Positions 22,591-33,693 of a stretch of DNA of 64,000 nucleotides are shown here, in pieces. The notes under the pieces were generated by a model. That model worked only from the letters and a program-made list of their open reading frames with translations, did not search any database and had not been told where the DNA came from. How positions within the stretch are numbered: the first letter of the stretch is position 1; every line of letters begins with the position of its first letter. The translations under genes and the position numbers were made by a program. Origin of the DNA: an uncultured Gammaproteobacteria bacterium (GTDB taxonomy: Bacteria; Pseudomonadota; Gammaproteobacteria; DRLM01). The DNA lies in NCBI GenBank assembly GCA_963761035.1, contig CAVXFH010000002.1, positions 1,930,915 through 1,994,914 of the forward strand. Reading direction: 5' to 3'.

Positions 22591-23223
22591 ATGATCGGCA
22601 TCTTCGGCGGCACCTTCGATCCCATTCACTTCGGGCACCTGCGGCCCGCCTTGGATATGCAGCAGGCACTGGGATGCGATGAGGTGCGTTTGTTGCCGTG
22701 CCGTGTACCGCCCCATCGCGACGTACCCCATGCGAGCCCCGAGCAGCGGCTCACCATGTTGCGCCTGGCGATCCACGGCGAGCGGAATTTGTCGGTGGAC
22801 GAGCGCGAACTGCAACGCGATGGGCCGTCATACATGATCGATACCTTGCTTTCGTTGCGCCTTGAATTGGGAAAAGAACGACCTCTGGCCTTGATGATCG
22901 GCATGGACGCCTTTCAGGGTCTGGACCGCTGGCACCGCTGGCGGGAATTGATGGATCTGTGCCATGTGGTAGTGGCCACCCGGCCCGGTTGGACGCCGCC
23001 GCATGACGGCCCGATGGTGGCCCAGGTGCGGGAGAGGCTGGTAGCGGAGGCGGAGGCCCTGCGCACCGGGCCGGCCGGAAAACTGCTGTTTTGTCCGGTG
23101 ACCCACCTGGACATCTCCGCTTCCCGCATCCGCGCCCTGCTGGCCGCGGGCCGAAGTCCCCGGTATTTGTTGCCCGCCGCCGTCCTGGAATATATCCAAG
23201 TGGCGGGGCTATATCAGAAGTGA
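22591..23223 (+). CDS. nadD: Nicotinate-nucleotide adenylyltransferase
   Basis: 'IGIFGGTFDPIHFGHL' (H/T)xGH nucleotidyltransferase motif. Confidence 0.9.
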   Translation: MIGIFGGTFDPIHFGHLRPALDMQQALGCDEVRLLPCRVPPHRDVPHASPEQRLTMLRLAIHGERNLSVDERELQRDGPSYMIDTLLSLRLELGKERPLALMIGMDAFQGLDRWHRWRELMDLCHVVVATRPGWTPPHDGPMVAQVRERLVAEAEALRTGPAGKLLFCPVTHLDISASRIRALLAAGRSPRYLLPAAVLEYIQVAGLYQK

Positions 23224-23260
23224 ATGATCAATTCCCCTCCGGGGCCATAAAAGTGAGTCA

Positions 23261-23626
23261 ATGCGAACCAAACAATTAAAAGAATTGGTGGTGGCGGCGC
23301 TGGAAGATTTGAAGGCCAAGGATATCAAGGTGCTCGATGTCCGCAAGCTTACCAGCATCACCGATATGCTGATTATCGCCAGCGGCACCTCTACGCGTCA
23401 CGTCAAGGCACTGGCCGACAATGTGCAGGAACAGGCCAAGGCCGCCGGATGCCGGCCGCTGGGTGTGGAGGGCGAACGCGAGGCGGAATGGATATTGGTG
23501 GATCTGGCGGATGTCATCGTGCACGTGATGCTACCGGCCACTCGGGATTTTTATCAATTGGAAAAATTGTGGGGGATGGCGGAACGGCGCGGCACGGAAA
23601 TCGTGGCGGGGTTTAAGCAGTCATAG
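23261..23626 (+). CDS. rsfS: Ribosomal silencing factor RsfS (Iojap)
   Basis: 121 aa. Position after nadD. Confidence 0.85.
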   Translation: MRTKQLKELVVAALEDLKAKDIKVLDVRKLTSITDMLIIASGTSTRHVKALADNVQEQAKAAGCRPLGVEGEREAEWILVDLADVIVHVMLPATRDFYQLEKLWGMAERRGTEIVAGFKQS

Positions 23627-23652
23627 CCGCCGGATGCGGAAGGGGAACAATC

Positions 23653-24132
23653 GTGCGTATCCATCTTATCGCCGTCGGAACCCGCATGCCGGAGTGGGTG
23701 AACATGGGCTACGGCGAATTCGCCGGGCGCCTGCCGCCGGAATGCCGACTGCATTTGATTGAGATCGCGCTGACCAAGCGTGCCAAGGGTCAAGCTACGG
23801 CCCGCTTGATCGACCAAGAAGGCGAGCGCATGCTGGCCGCCATTCCTAAAACTTGCCGGGTATGGGCCCTGGATGTAGCCGGGAAGGAATGGTCCACCGA
23901 GGAGGTGGCGCAGGAATTCGCCGGATGGTTGCAGGATGGGCGCGACGTGGCGCTGCTGGTGGGCGGCCCGGATGGTTTGGCGCCGGCCTGTTTGGCGCGG
24001 GCGGAGCGGCGCTGGTCATTGTCGCGTTTGACGTTGCCGCATATGCTGGTGCGTATCGTGGCGGCGGAACAGCTGTATCGCGCGTGGACGGTATTGCAGG
24101 GACACCCCTACCATCGAGGCGCCGCGGGATGA
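23653..24132 (+). CDS. rlmH: 23S rRNA (pseudouridine1915-N3)-methyltransferase
   Basis: 159-aa SPOUT fold, GTG start with GGGGAA SD. rsfS-rlmH synteny. Confidence 0.9.
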   Translation: MRIHLIAVGTRMPEWVNMGYGEFAGRLPPECRLHLIEIALTKRAKGQATARLIDQEGERMLAAIPKTCRVWALDVAGKEWSTEEVAQEFAGWLQDGRDVALLVGGPDGLAPACLARAERRWSLSRLTLPHMLVRIVAAEQLYRAWTVLQGHPYHRGAAG

Positions 24133-24146
24133 AGGCGGGTGACCCC

Positions 24147-24746
24147 ATGGTGTATCTGGCCTCCGCATCGCCGCGCCGCCGGGAATTGCTGACCCAGATC
24201 GGTATCAGTTTTCACGTGGTGAAGGCGACCGTGGACGAAATGCGGCACGATGATGAGACGCCGGAACTGTATGTGCTGCGTCTGGCTCTGTGCAAGGCCC
24301 GGGCGGGGCGCGAAGGAATTTCCGCCGCCGATCCGCGCCCGGTGCTGGGGGCCGATACCGCCGTGGTGATCGATGGCGAGGTATTGGGCAAACCCCGGGA
24401 TCAGGCGGAAGGGATCGCCATGTTGCGTCGTCTGTCCGGTGTCACCCATCATGTCTATACCGGCGTGGCGCTGGCGGGCGACCCGGAGGCGACCCGTCTC
24501 AGCGTCAGCGCGGTGACTTTTCGCGCAGTGTCGCTGGAAGAATGCATGGGGTATTGGCACACTGGCGAACCGGCCGATAAGGCCGGGGCCTATGCCATTC
24601 AGGGGCGAGGGGCGATTTTCATCTCCCGCCTGGAGGGAAGCTATTCCGGGGTGATGGGGCTGCCGGTGTTCGAGACGGCGGAATTATTAAGAGCAGCGGG
24701 AATCAAGCCGCAAATTTCAAGTTTCAAGAATAAATGGCCCGAATAG
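24147..24746 (+). CDS. maf: Maf-like nucleoside-triphosphate pyrophosphatase
   Basis: 'LYLASASPRRRELL' Maf N-terminal motif. An alternative ATG at 24129 overlaps the rlmH stop (ATGA). The ORF-track 5' extension to 23853 is Gly/Arg-rich and overlaps rlmH. Confidence 0.85.
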   Translation: MVYLASASPRRRELLTQIGISFHVVKATVDEMRHDDETPELYVLRLALCKARAGREGISAADPRPVLGADTAVVIDGEVLGKPRDQAEGIAMLRRLSGVTHHVYTGVALAGDPEATRLSVSAVTFRAVSLEECMGYWHTGEPADKAGAYAIQGRGAIFISRLEGSYSGVMGLPVFETAELLRAAGIKPQISSFKNKWPE

Positions 24747-24782
24747 GCGGATTTCCTTCTCTCCTTGCTGTTATTCCGTGAT

Positions 24783-26252
24783 ATGAGCGAAGAAATATTA
24801 ATAAACATCACACCGCAAGAGACCCGCATCGCCGTGGTGGAGAACGGTGTGTTGCAGGAAATCTACGTCGAACGTATCCGGCGGCGGGGTTTGGTGGGCA
24901 ACATCTATAAGGGCCGCATCAGCCGCGTCCTGCCGGGGATGCAGGCCGCCTTCGTGGATATCGGCTTGCAGCGTACCGCCTTTCTCCACGCCTCGGACAT
25001 CGTCAATCAGCCGGCCGAGTGGTCGACTTCGGAAGAACGGCGAGTGGGGATCATTACCGATCTGGTCAAAGAAGGCCAGGAAGTCACGGTGCAGGTGATC
25101 AAGGATCCGCTGGGAAATAAGGGTGCGCGCCTGACCACCCACATTACCTTACCGTCGCGCTATCTGGTGTTGATGCCTACCGCGCGCAATGTGGGGATAT
25201 CGCAAAAGATCGAAGACGAACAGGAGCGTCAACGCTTGAAGGATATCGTGATATCCATGGCCGGCGACATGGAGGGGGGCGGTTATATTGTACGCACCGC
25301 CGCCGAGGAGGCCGATACCGAGGCCGTGCGCGCCGACATGGATTATCTGCGCAAGTTGTGGGATTCCGTACGCGAGCGGACGGCAAATGCCGCGCCCTGT
25401 TCCGTTATCTATGAGGACTTGCCGCTGGTATTGCGCGCCCTGCGCGACCTGGTGGATTTGGATGTGGAGAAGATACGCATCGATTCCCGAGAGAATTATA
25501 AAAAGGCCTTGTCCTTTGCCGAACAGTTTGTCCCGCGGGTGGCCTCGCGCATCGAGTATTATCCCGGCGAACGCCCGATCTTCGATCTCTACGGTGTGGA
25601 GGACGAGATCCAAAAGGCCCTGGAGCGCAAGGTATTGCTCAAGTCCGGCGGTTATCTGATCATCGACCAGACCGAGGCGATGACCACTATCGACGTCAAC
25701 ACCGGCGCCTACGTGGGACACCGCACCTTGGAAGAGACCATCTTCAAGACTAATCTCGAAGCGGCCCAGTCCATTGCCCGGCAACTGCGTTTGCGCAACC
25801 TCGGCGGCATCATCATCATCGATTTCATCGATATGATCGAGGAAGACCATAAGCGCCAGGTGCTGGCGGCTTTGGAGAGAAACCTGGAAAGGGACCGCAC
25901 CAAGAGCCACATCAGCGAGGTGTCGGCCCTGGGTCTGGTGCAAATGACCCGCAAGCGCACCCGGGAAAGCCTGGAGCATGTGTTGTGCGCGCCGTGTCCG
26001 GTCTGTCAGAGCCGCGGTTTACTCAAGACACCCGAAACGGTATGTTACGAGGTGTTCCGCGAGTTGTTGCGCGAGGCCCGTCAGTTCGATGTCCAACAGT
26101 ATTTGGTGCTGGCATCGCAAGAAGTGATAGACGTGATGTTGGATGAAGAGGCCAACAGTCTCGCCGAATTGGAGTCCTTTATCGGCAAGCCCATCAAGTT
26201 ACAAGTGGAGGCCCTCTATACGCAAGAGCAATTCGACGTGGTGTTGATGTAG
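24783..26252 (+). CDS. rng: Ribonuclease G
   Basis: S1 domain 'ILINITPQETRIAVVENGVLQEIYVER' (E. coli 'LLVNVTPSETRVAYIDGGILQEIHIER'). 489 aa from ATG 24783, identical in length to E. coli Rng. Confidence 0.9.
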   Translation: MSEEILINITPQETRIAVVENGVLQEIYVERIRRRGLVGNIYKGRISRVLPGMQAAFVDIGLQRTAFLHASDIVNQPAEWSTSEERRVGIITDLVKEGQEVTVQVIKDPLGNKGARLTTHITLPSRYLVLMPTARNVGISQKIEDEQERQRLKDIVISMAGDMEGGGYIVRTAAEEADTEAVRADMDYLRKLWDSVRERTANAAPCSVIYEDLPLVLRALRDLVDLDVEKIRIDSRENYKKALSFAEQFVPRVASRIEYYPGERPIFDLYGVEDEIQKALERKVLLKSGGYLIIDQTEAMTTIDVNTGAYVGHRTLEETIFKTNLEAAQSIARQLRLRNLGGIIIIDFIDMIEEDHKRQVLAALERNLERDRTKSHISEVSALGLVQMTRKRTRESLEHVLCAPCPVCQSRGLLKTPETVCYEVFRELLREARQFDVQQYLVLASQEVIDVMLDEEANSLAELESFIGKPIKLQVEALYTQEQFDVVLM

Positions 26253-26322
26253 TCGTTTGCGCGATTTGCGGTTATTGTGTTGATGTCGGTAATTAATGCG
26301 CATCACATGCAATGAGTAGAAA

Positions 26323-29300
26323 GTGAACCCCTTCCGCCGCCTGATCTCCGGTTTTTGGTTGACCTTCGCCGCCGCGATAATCGTGTTGGCGCTATTGCTC
26401 AGCGCCGCGCGCCTGATGTTGCCGGAGTTAGGCGAGTATCGCGGCGACGTGGCGCGCTGGGTCGGCGACTTTATCGGGCAGCCGGTACAGATCGGCGAAT
26501 TGGGGGCCAGCTGGCACAACTGGGGTCCGAGCGTGGAACTGCGCAATGTCACGGTTTTGGATACCTCGGGCCGGCGGCCTGTTTTGCAATGCGCCTCGGC
26601 ACGTGTCGACATCAATCTATTGGCGTCGCTGCGCGAATGGCAATTTGAGCCCGGATTGTTGACGGTGCGGGGTTTGCGCCTCTCTCTGGTGCGGCGCGAG
26701 GACGGCACCATCGCGGTAGCAGGCTTGGGGAGCGCCGAGCAAGGCGCCATGGACGACTCGACCAAGGACGCATTCAAGCAATGGTTGCAACGCCAGAAAC
26801 GTCTGGCAATCGAACAGAGTTCTCTGCAGTGGCGTGACCTAACCGCCGGCGGCAAGAGCCTGGAATTCACCAACGTCAATCTGCAGCTGCGCAATCTCGG
26901 CGATCGCCATCGTCTCGACGGGACGGTGGAATTGCCGGAATCCCTGGGCCAGCGTCTGGAATTGGCGGCCGACCTGCAAGGCGATCTGTTCACGACGGCG
27001 TTTTGGCAGGGCCGGGTATTCCTGCGCGGTACCGCCGTGCGCCTGGGAGGATGGTGGGGAAGGCAGCCGCCCTTGGGGATGAGCGCGGCGGATGGCGTAG
27101 TGGATTTTCAGGCTTGGAGCGAGTGGCTCAACGGCATGCGGCAAGTGGAGGGTGATGTCCACGCCAGCAACTTACACTTTGCCCGTACCGCCGCGCCGCC
27201 CATCGCGACGGCTGCCGACTCGAACGCCGCGGCAACGGAGGAGCACGTGGATCTAGCGCGCTTGGCCGGAGGATTCCAGTGGCGGCGCAACGGAACGGGA
27301 TGGAATATCGACGTGGACGATTTCTCCGTCACGCGTCAAGGCGAGGCGTCGCCGCCCGCGCAGTTGCGGGTGCAATACACGCAGGACGACGGGACGGGAG
27401 GCCGCGATATTCAAGCGGCCTATAGCGAGTTGCGCGCGGAAGACGTGGCGGGGCTGTTGCTCGACACCAAGCTTGTGCCGGAGGAACTGCGGCCGCGCCT
27501 CGTCGCCATGGCGCCGCAGGGGCTATTGCGCGACGGCTATATCCGCTATCACAGTGAGCCGCGGCAGGCGCCGCGCTTTGTGGTGCGCAGCGTCTTGGCC
27601 GGGTTGGCGTGGCAACCCGCCGCGCCCTGGCCGGGCATGCGGGGATTGGCGGGCAGGGTAACCGCCGATGAGCAACGGGGCGTGGTCGACCTTGCCACGG
27701 AAGCAGCGGCGGTGGACTTCGCCGATCTGTTCCGCGCGCCGCTGCCGGTGGACGCCCTAGCGGGACGAATTTACTGGCATCGCGACGCTAACGCACTGCA
27801 GGTGCTTGCCCGGGAGATGACGGTTCGCAATGAGGATATAAATATACAATTCGGTTTGCGTCTTGATGTGCCGCGGGAAGGCGGTTCCCCCTATTTGGAT
27901 TTGACCGCCAACTTCGACGGAAACAAGGGAGAGGATGCTCCCCGTTATCTGCCCGCCAAGATCATGGGCCCGACAACGGTGGCATGGCTGGACAAGGCCG
28001 TCGTCAGCGGCCGGGTAACCGGCGGTACCGCCCGAATTAACGGGCAGCTCGCGGATTTCCCCTTCGACGACGGTCGAGGTCTGTTCGAGGTCCGCTTCAA
28101 TGTCGTGGACGGTATCTTGGAATATGCCGCCGGTTGGCCGCGTCTGGAGGGGATCGAAACCGCGATCCTATTTCACGGCCGACGTCTCGAGATCAATGCC
28201 ACCGCGGCCAAATCATTCAACTCGGAGATTTTGCAGGCCAAGGTCGCCATCCCGGACTTGACGGCGCATCCGGCGATGCTTGCGGTGGACGGTAAGGCGC
28301 AGGGTCCCGTCGCCGATGTGGTGCGTTATGTCACCGAAAGTCCCCTGCATGACGAATTCGGCGCCTACTTGGATGGCGTTACCGCCAGCGGCCGCAGCCG
28401 CTTGCAACTCAACTTGAAATTACCGTTGGCAAAGCTGCCCGCCACGGTTAAGGGTGCCCTGCGTTTCGACAACGGCGGTTTGTTGTTCCACGATCAAGGT
28501 ATCGATATCACCAACATCGACGGCAGTCTGAAATTCACCGATCGGGGACTGGCCGCCGACGCCATTCACGCCAAGCTTCTAGGACAGGCGGTAACCATTG
28601 CCGCGGATACAAAGCCCGGCAAGACGGGGGCGGTCACCACCTTCTATGCCAAGGGCACGGCGGACGCGGCGGCGCTAGCCAGGCGTTTTGCCACACCGCT
28701 GGCCGCTTATGTCGAGGGGCTGGCGCCGTGGCGGGGTGAATTGCATATCCCACCCAAGAGCGAAGGCTGGGTGGAGCTGCAAGTGGACTCGTCACTGCAA
28801 GGGGTCGCCGTCCGGCTGCCGTCTCCCATGGCCAAGACCGCGGACGAGACACGGGAGTTGCTGGTACAGGTTCCCCTGCCGTTGAAGAGCGAACAACCCG
28901 TCCACATTCATTATGGCGACGTCGCCGATGCCCAGCTGGCGTTTAAGAGCGGCGCTTCGGGCTTGGAAGTCGCGCGCGGCGAGATTTTCTTCGGCGGCGG
29001 GACCGCGGCCTTGTCCGCGCAGGATGGCGGGATTCGTCTGGGGGGTACCCTGCCGGAGTTTGACGAAGCCCAATGGTCGGCGGTGCTCTCGCCGATGACC
29101 GCGGACCGGCAGCCCGGCGTGCCGCCGGTAGTAAGTCAAGCGGACCTGGAGATCGGCGCGTTGAAGCTGGCCGGCCAGCAGTTGGATAAAGTGCGGTTGC
29201 AGGCCAAGCATGGCGCCGATGCCTGGGACGTGGATCTGAAAAGCGATCAGGTTCAAGGCCGTATCCACCTTCCCGATGCGGCGAGCGCGCCCTTGGTGAT

Positions 29301-30237
29301 GAATATGGAACGCCTGCATCTGACGCGATCCAGGAAAGACGGCGGCAAGTCCGCCGCCGATCCCAAGACGATGCATCCGCTCGACATCAAGGTCGAGAGT
29401 TTTCATTATGGCGATCTCGATATGGGCGAACTGCGCGTGCTGGCCAGCCGTACGCCGGCGGGTTTGCGCTTCGACGAGGTGCATGCCCATTCTGATCAAC
29501 GGGATTTGCAGATCAACGGCACGTGGCAGGCGACAGGCGACGGTCAAGAGTCGTCGATTGCCCTTGCCTATAGCGGAGAAGACACGGGCGCGACCCTCAC
29601 GGCTTTGGGTTATGCCGGCGTGATCAAGGGCGGCAAGGCCCATACCGACATGAAGCTCAACTGGCAAGGGCCGCCGACGGCCTTTTCCTTGGCGAAGGCG
29701 GCGGGGTCGATAAGTTTTAAGATCAAGGACGGACGGTTGCTGGATGTCGAGCCGGGAGCGGGCCGCATCTTGGGCCTGTTGAGCTTTCAAGCCCTGCCGC
29801 GGCACCTGTTGCTGGATTTCAGCGATCTCTTCCAGAAAGGCTTTTCCTTTGATAGTTTGGCCGGCGACTTTACTATTGAAAACGGCAACGCCCAGACCGA
29901 TAACTTGCGTATGGAGGGGCCCTCGGCGCTTATCGAGGCCCGGGGACGAGTGGGGCTCGCGGCGGAAGATTACGATCAACTGGTCACGGTAATCCCCAAT
30001 GTCAGCGGCGGTCTTCCCATGGCCGGGGTAGTGGCGGGCGGTGTCAGCGCGGGGGCTTTGACGGGCGGCGTCGGGGCGGGGGCGGCGTTGCTGTTAATGC
30101 AGAAACTGCTCAAACCGGGGATCGACAAGATGACGCAGGTCGAATACAAGGTGACGGGGCCGTGGTCGAATCCCACCGTCGAACGGCTGGGGGTGATCGA
30201 GCGGAATAAGAAGTCGGGCGTGCGGGAGAAAAACTAG
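26323..30237 (+). CDS. yhdP: YhdP-family (AsmA-like) large inner-membrane-anchored envelope protein
   Basis: 1304 aa with N-terminal TM anchor. Conserved maf-rng-yhdP-tldD gene order. Confidence 0.85.
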   Translation: MNPFRRLISGFWLTFAAAIIVLALLLSAARLMLPELGEYRGDVARWVGDFIGQPVQIGELGASWHNWGPSVELRNVTVLDTSGRRPVLQCASARVDINLLASLREWQFEPGLLTVRGLRLSLVRREDGTIAVAGLGSAEQGAMDDSTKDAFKQWLQRQKRLAIEQSSLQWRDLTAGGKSLEFTNVNLQLRNLGDRHRLDGTVELPESLGQRLELAADLQGDLFTTAFWQGRVFLRGTAVRLGGWWGRQPPLGMSAADGVVDFQAWSEWLNGMRQVEGDVHASNLHFARTAAPPIATAADSNAAATEEHVDLARLAGGFQWRRNGTGWNIDVDDFSVTRQGEASPPAQLRVQYTQDDGTGGRDIQAAYSELRAEDVAGLLLDTKLVPEELRPRLVAMAPQGLLRDGYIRYHSEPRQAPRFVVRSVLAGLAWQPAAPWPGMRGLAGRVTADEQRGVVDLATEAAAVDFADLFRAPLPVDALAGRIYWHRDANALQVLAREMTVRNEDINIQFGLRLDVPREGGSPYLDLTANFDGNKGEDAPRYLPAKIMGPTTVAWLDKAVVSGRVTGGTARINGQLADFPFDDGRGLFEVRFNVVDGILEYAAGWPRLEGIETAILFHGRRLEINATAAKSFNSEILQAKVAIPDLTAHPAMLAVDGKAQGPVADVVRYVTESPLHDEFGAYLDGVTASGRSRLQLNLKLPLAKLPATVKGALRFDNGGLLFHDQGIDITNIDGSLKFTDRGLAADAIHAKLLGQAVTIAADTKPGKTGAVTTFYAKGTADAAALARRFATPLAAYVEGLAPWRGELHIPPKSEGWVELQVDSSLQGVAVRLPSPMAKTADETRELLVQVPLPLKSEQPVHIHYGDVADAQLAFKSGASGLEVARGEIFFGGGTAALSAQDGGIRLGGTLPEFDEAQWSAVLSPMTADRQPGVPPVVSQADLEIGALKLAGQQLDKVRLQAKHGADAWDVDLKSDQVQGRIHLPDAASAPLVMNMERLHLTRSRKDGGKSAADPKTMHPLDIKVESFHYGDLDMGELRVLASRTPAGLRFDEVHAHSDQRDLQINGTWQATGDGQESSIALAYSGEDTGATLTALGYAGVIKGGKAHTDMKLNWQGPPTAFSLAKAAGSISFKIKDGRLLDVEPGAGRILGLLSFQALPRHLLLDFSDLFQKGFSFDSLAGDFTIENGNAQTDNLRMEGPSALIEARGRVGLAAEDYDQLVTVIPNVSGGLPMAGVVAGGVSAGALTGGVGAGAALLLMQKLLKPGIDKMTQVEYKVTGPWSNPTVERLGVIERNKKSGVREKN

Positions 30238-30287
30238 GTAAGAATAACAATGCACAATATCTCGGAAGCGCGAGGAGCGGACGTGTC

Positions 30288-31124
30288 ATGAGCAGTCGGG
30301 TTGCGGCAGTACAAATGGCCTCCGGGCCCAATATCAGCGCCAACTTAATGGAGGCGGGGCGCTTGATCGCGCTGGCGGCGCGTACCCATGGCGCCAACCT
30401 GGTGGTGCTCCCCGAAAATTTCGCCATCATCGGCTTGTCGGAGCAGGACAAGGTGAAGATCCGCGAGCCCGCGGGCAGCGGTCCCATTCAGGATTTCCTC
30501 GCCAACCAGGCGGCCAGGCACGGCGTGTGGCTGGTGGGCGGTACTATCCCGCTGGCGACGGAAAATCCGCACAAGGTCCGTGCCGGGTGCCTGTTGTTCG
30601 ATACCCGCGGCCGGCGCATGGCCCGCTATGACAAGATGCATATGTTCGATGTACACATCGCCGAGACCGGCGAAAATTACGCGGAATCGCTAACCATCGA
30701 GCCCGGCAATCAGACCGCGGTGGTGGATACGCCCTTCGGCAAACTGGGCTTGGCGGTGTGTTACGACCTACGCTTCCCCGAGCTGTTCCGCGTCATGCTG
30801 GAGCAGGGCATGGAAATCCTGGCGGTGCCGTCCGCGTTTACCGCGGTGACCGGCATGGCCCATTGGGAAATCCTGGTGCGTGCCCGCGCCGTGGAGAACC
30901 TCTGTTATGTCATCGCGGCGGCGCAAGGCGGGTATCATGCCAGCGGCCGCGAGACCCATGGCGACAGCATGATCGTCGATCCCTGGGGTGTGGTGCTGGA
31001 TAGGCTGCCCCGCGGCTCCGGGGTGGTGAGCGCCAAGATCGAGCCGGCCCGCCTCAAGAGCATTCGCCGTAATTTCCCGTCGATTCAACATCTCCGCCTG
31101 CATTGCCACCTGCCTGAAAAATAG
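30288..31124 (+). CDS. Carbon-nitrogen hydrolase (nitrilase-superfamily) protein
   Basis: 278 aa. CN-hydrolase Glu/Lys/Cys motifs ('VVLPENF', 'LAVCYDLRFPE'). The same gene sits between yhdP and tldD in pseudomonads. Confidence 0.85.
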   Translation: MSSRVAAVQMASGPNISANLMEAGRLIALAARTHGANLVVLPENFAIIGLSEQDKVKIREPAGSGPIQDFLANQAARHGVWLVGGTIPLATENPHKVRAGCLLFDTRGRRMARYDKMHMFDVHIAETGENYAESLTIEPGNQTAVVDTPFGKLGLAVCYDLRFPELFRVMLEQGMEILAVPSAFTAVTGMAHWEILVRARAVENLCYVIAAAQGGYHASGRETHGDSMIVDPWGVVLDRLPRGSGVVSAKIEPARLKSIRRNFPSIQHLRLHCHLPEK

Positions 31125-31291
31125 GCCGTAGGCCGCGGCGGACGCCGGGCAGGGAACGCCGCGTCCGCCGCGGCTAACTAACTATAAGACCGGCGACCAT
31201 GAAGGGAAGGGGGCTACTATGCTACTCTGTCGCCATCGAAGCGCGCGCCGGTGAGCGTATCTTTTCATCGGTTTAATTTGCGGAATCCATC

Positions 31292-32734
31292 ATGAATGCA
31301 CCTCTAGATTTGGCGACGCAGTCGATACTCACGCCGGCGGGTTTGAACGAAACCGACCTGGAGCGGGTATTGCACCAGTTGCTGAGCCACGAAGTGGACA
31401 GCGCCGATCTCTATTTCCAGAACAGCCGCCACGAGTCGTGGTCTTTGGAAGACGGTATCGTCAAGAGCGGTACTCACAGCATCGAACGCGGCGTGGGCGT
31501 GCGCGCGGTGAGCGGCGAGAAGACCGGCTTCGCCTATTCCGACGAGATCATGCTGCCGGCGCTTACCGAAGCCGCATCCACGGCGCGGGCCATTGCCCGG
31601 CTCGGCCAGGAGGGCCAAGTGCAGGCCTGGTCGCGGCGCGGCAAGCAGGCGCTGTATCAACCGCTGGATCCCATCGAAACCCTCAAGGCGGAAGACAAGA
31701 TCGCGCTGCTGCAGGCGCTGGACGCCGAGGCGCGCAAGCAGGACCCGCGCGTCAAACAGGTGATGGTGAGCCTGGCCGCCGTGCACGATGTGGTGCTGGT
31801 GGCGGGCAGCGACGGCACGCTGGCCGCCGACGTGCGGCCGCTGGTGCGCTTGAACGTGAGCGTGGTAGCCGAACACAACGGCCGCCGCGAGCAGGGATCG
31901 GCGGGCGGCGGCGGGCGTGTCGGCTTCGACATGTTTCTCGATCAGGAACGCGGCCTCGATTACGCCCGCGAAGCGGTGCGCCAGGCCCTGGTCAACCTGG
32001 AGGCGCGCGACGCCCCCGCCGGCACCATGACCGTGGTGCTGGGACCGGGTTGGCCCGGCGTGCTGCTTCACGAGGCCATCGGCCACGGACTGGAAGGCGA
32101 TTTCAATCGTAAGGGCAGTTCGGCGTTCTCCGGGCGCATCGGCGAACGGGTGGCCTCCGATCTCTGCACGATCGTCGACGACGGTACACTGGCGGGCCGC
32201 CGCGGGTCGCTCAACATCGACGACGAAGGCACGCCCACCCAATGCACCACGCTCATCGAAAAGGGCGTGCTCAAGGGTTATATTCAAGACAAAATGAATG
32301 CACGCCTCATGGGCGCGGCGCCCACCGGCAACGGCCGCCGCGAATCCTACGCCCACATCCCCATGCCGCGCATGACCAACACCTACATGCTGGCCGGCGC
32401 GAGCGATCCGCAAGAGATCATCGCCTCGGTGAAGAACGGGCTGTACGCGGTGAACTTCGGCGGCGGCCAGGTGGACATCACCTCCGGCAAATTCGTATTC
32501 TCCGCCAGCGAGGCCTACATGATCGAAGACGGCAAGGTCAGCTATCCGGTGAAGGGCGCGACCCTGATCGGCAACGGTCCCGACGTGCTGACCCGCGTCG
32601 CCATGGTGGGTAACGACCTGAAACTGGATACCGGCGTGGGCACCTGCGGCAAGGAAGGCCAAAGCGTCCCGGTGGGTGTGGGCCAGCCGACCCTGCGCAT
32701 CGACGGCCTTACCGTAGGCGGCACCGGGGCGTAA
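31292..32734 (+). CDS. tldD: Metalloprotease TldD
   Basis: 480 aa (E. coli 481). '[11 protein letters not shown]' metal-binding motif. Confidence 0.95.
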   Translation: MNAPLDLATQSILTPAGLNETDLERVLHQLLSHEVDSADLYFQNSRHESWSLEDGIVKSGTHSIERGVGVRAVSGEKTGFAYSDEIMLPALTEAASTARAIARLGQEGQVQAWSRRGKQALYQPLDPIETLKAEDKIALLQALDAEARKQDPRVKQVMVSLAAVHDVVLVAGSDGTLAADVRPLVRLNVSVVAEHNGRREQGSAGGGGRVGFDMFLDQERGLDYAREAVRQALVNLEARDAPAGTMTVVLGPGWPGVLLHEAIGHGLEGDFNRKGSSAFSGRIGERVASDLCTIVDDGTLAGRRGSLNIDDEGTPTQCTTLIEKGVLKGYIQDKMNARLMGAAPTGNGRRESYAHIPMPRMTNTYMLAGASDPQEIIASVKNGLYAVNFGGGQVDITSGKFVFSASEAYMIEDGKVSYPVKGATLIGNGPDVLTRVAMVGNDLKLDTGVGTCGKEGQSVPVGVGQPTLRIDGLTVGGTGA

Positions 32735-32785
32735 ATTAAATGGCGGGTGAGTCAGCCGCGATGTTTGCGGCACCATCCGCCGAGA

Positions 32786-33337
32786 TTATTGCTCGGATTC
32801 CCTTTCACCCGTGTCCATCATCATCTCCCGCAACGCTTTGAACAACGCCCGCGCTGCCGTGGGTGCCTGCCCCGCGTCCCGTTCCTTGCGCGCCTTGATC
32901 ATCAATTGCCGTAACAGCTGACGGTCCGCCGCGGGATACTCGTTGAGTAATGCCGACAACGCCGCGTCGCCTTCCGCGATCAGCCGTTCGCGCCACTGCT
33001 CCATGCGATGCAGCGCCGCCGTCTGCGCGCGGTCCTTGCCCGCCAATCCCTCCAAGGTGCGGCGCACCGGTGCCGCGTCGATACCGCGCATCAGCTTGCC
33101 GATATATTGCAGTTGCCGCTTGCGCCCGCCGCGGGCGTTGATGGCGCGGCAGGCGGTGAGCGCCTCGCGCAGATCCTCCGGCAGGTCGAGCTTGGCCAAC
33201 ACCGCCGCAAAGCGCGCCGCCGGAAGTTCCACCAACGCCTTACCCAATGCCTGCACCGCCTCCGCGTCGCGCTTCAACTGCGACTTGGATGGGGGTTCGA
33301 TTTCGTTTTCGTATAGTTCGTCGTCATTTTGATTCAT
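32786..33337 (-). CDS. yjgA: Ribosome-associated protein YjgA/DarP (DUF615)
   Basis: 183 aa (same as E. coli YjgA). 'KSQLKRDAEAVQALGKALVEL' aligns with E. coli '[21 protein letters not shown]'. Confidence 0.85.
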   Translation of the reverse strand: MNQNDDELYENEIEPPSKSQLKRDAEAVQALGKALVELPAARFAAVLAKLDLPEDLREALTACRAINARGGRKRQLQYIGKLMRGIDAAPVRRTLEGLAGKDRAQTAALHRMEQWRERLIAEGDAALSALLNEYPAADRQLLRQLMIKARKERDAGQAPTAARALFKALREMMMDTGERESEQ

Positions 33338-33693
33338 GGGGAAACATCATATATCAAGTGGACTCCTCACGCCGCGCCTACCACGATTCAGAACGAGGGT
33401 ATAGATCAGTGTCGTGTTCCCATTTCTGAGAACATCCCCCGTTTGAGTGGACACAAAAGTCTAACTGAAGCGGAGAGTGAAAATGCCAAGGTACAAGCAA
33501 CACAAGAAGAAAAATCGCTACAGCGTGGCAATCGGCGTCAGATCACAGTTATTGCTGATATTAACCGCGAAGGTCGCACTGAGCGATACTTATTACGCGG
33601 AATATAACCCTGTCCTCCATGGTGACCTTTTATTCCACTCAACCGAATGCGGAAGGGTGACGGACTAGAAGGACGAAATGTTTATTTAGACTG

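Noticed and set aside
23853-24146. 98-aa N-terminal extension of maf in the ORF track
   Set aside because: Gly/Arg/Ala-rich, overlaps rlmH out of frame. Maf homology begins at MVYLASASPRR.
28792-29979. 395-aa ORF antisense within yhdP
   Set aside because: No homology. Spans a region where the + strand is a continuous conserved YhdP frame.
31304-32776. 490-aa ORF antisense to tldD
   Set aside because: Mirror ORF typical of high-GC DNA. The + strand encodes an unambiguous full-length TldD, and the antisense product is low-complexity Arg/Ala/Gly-rich.
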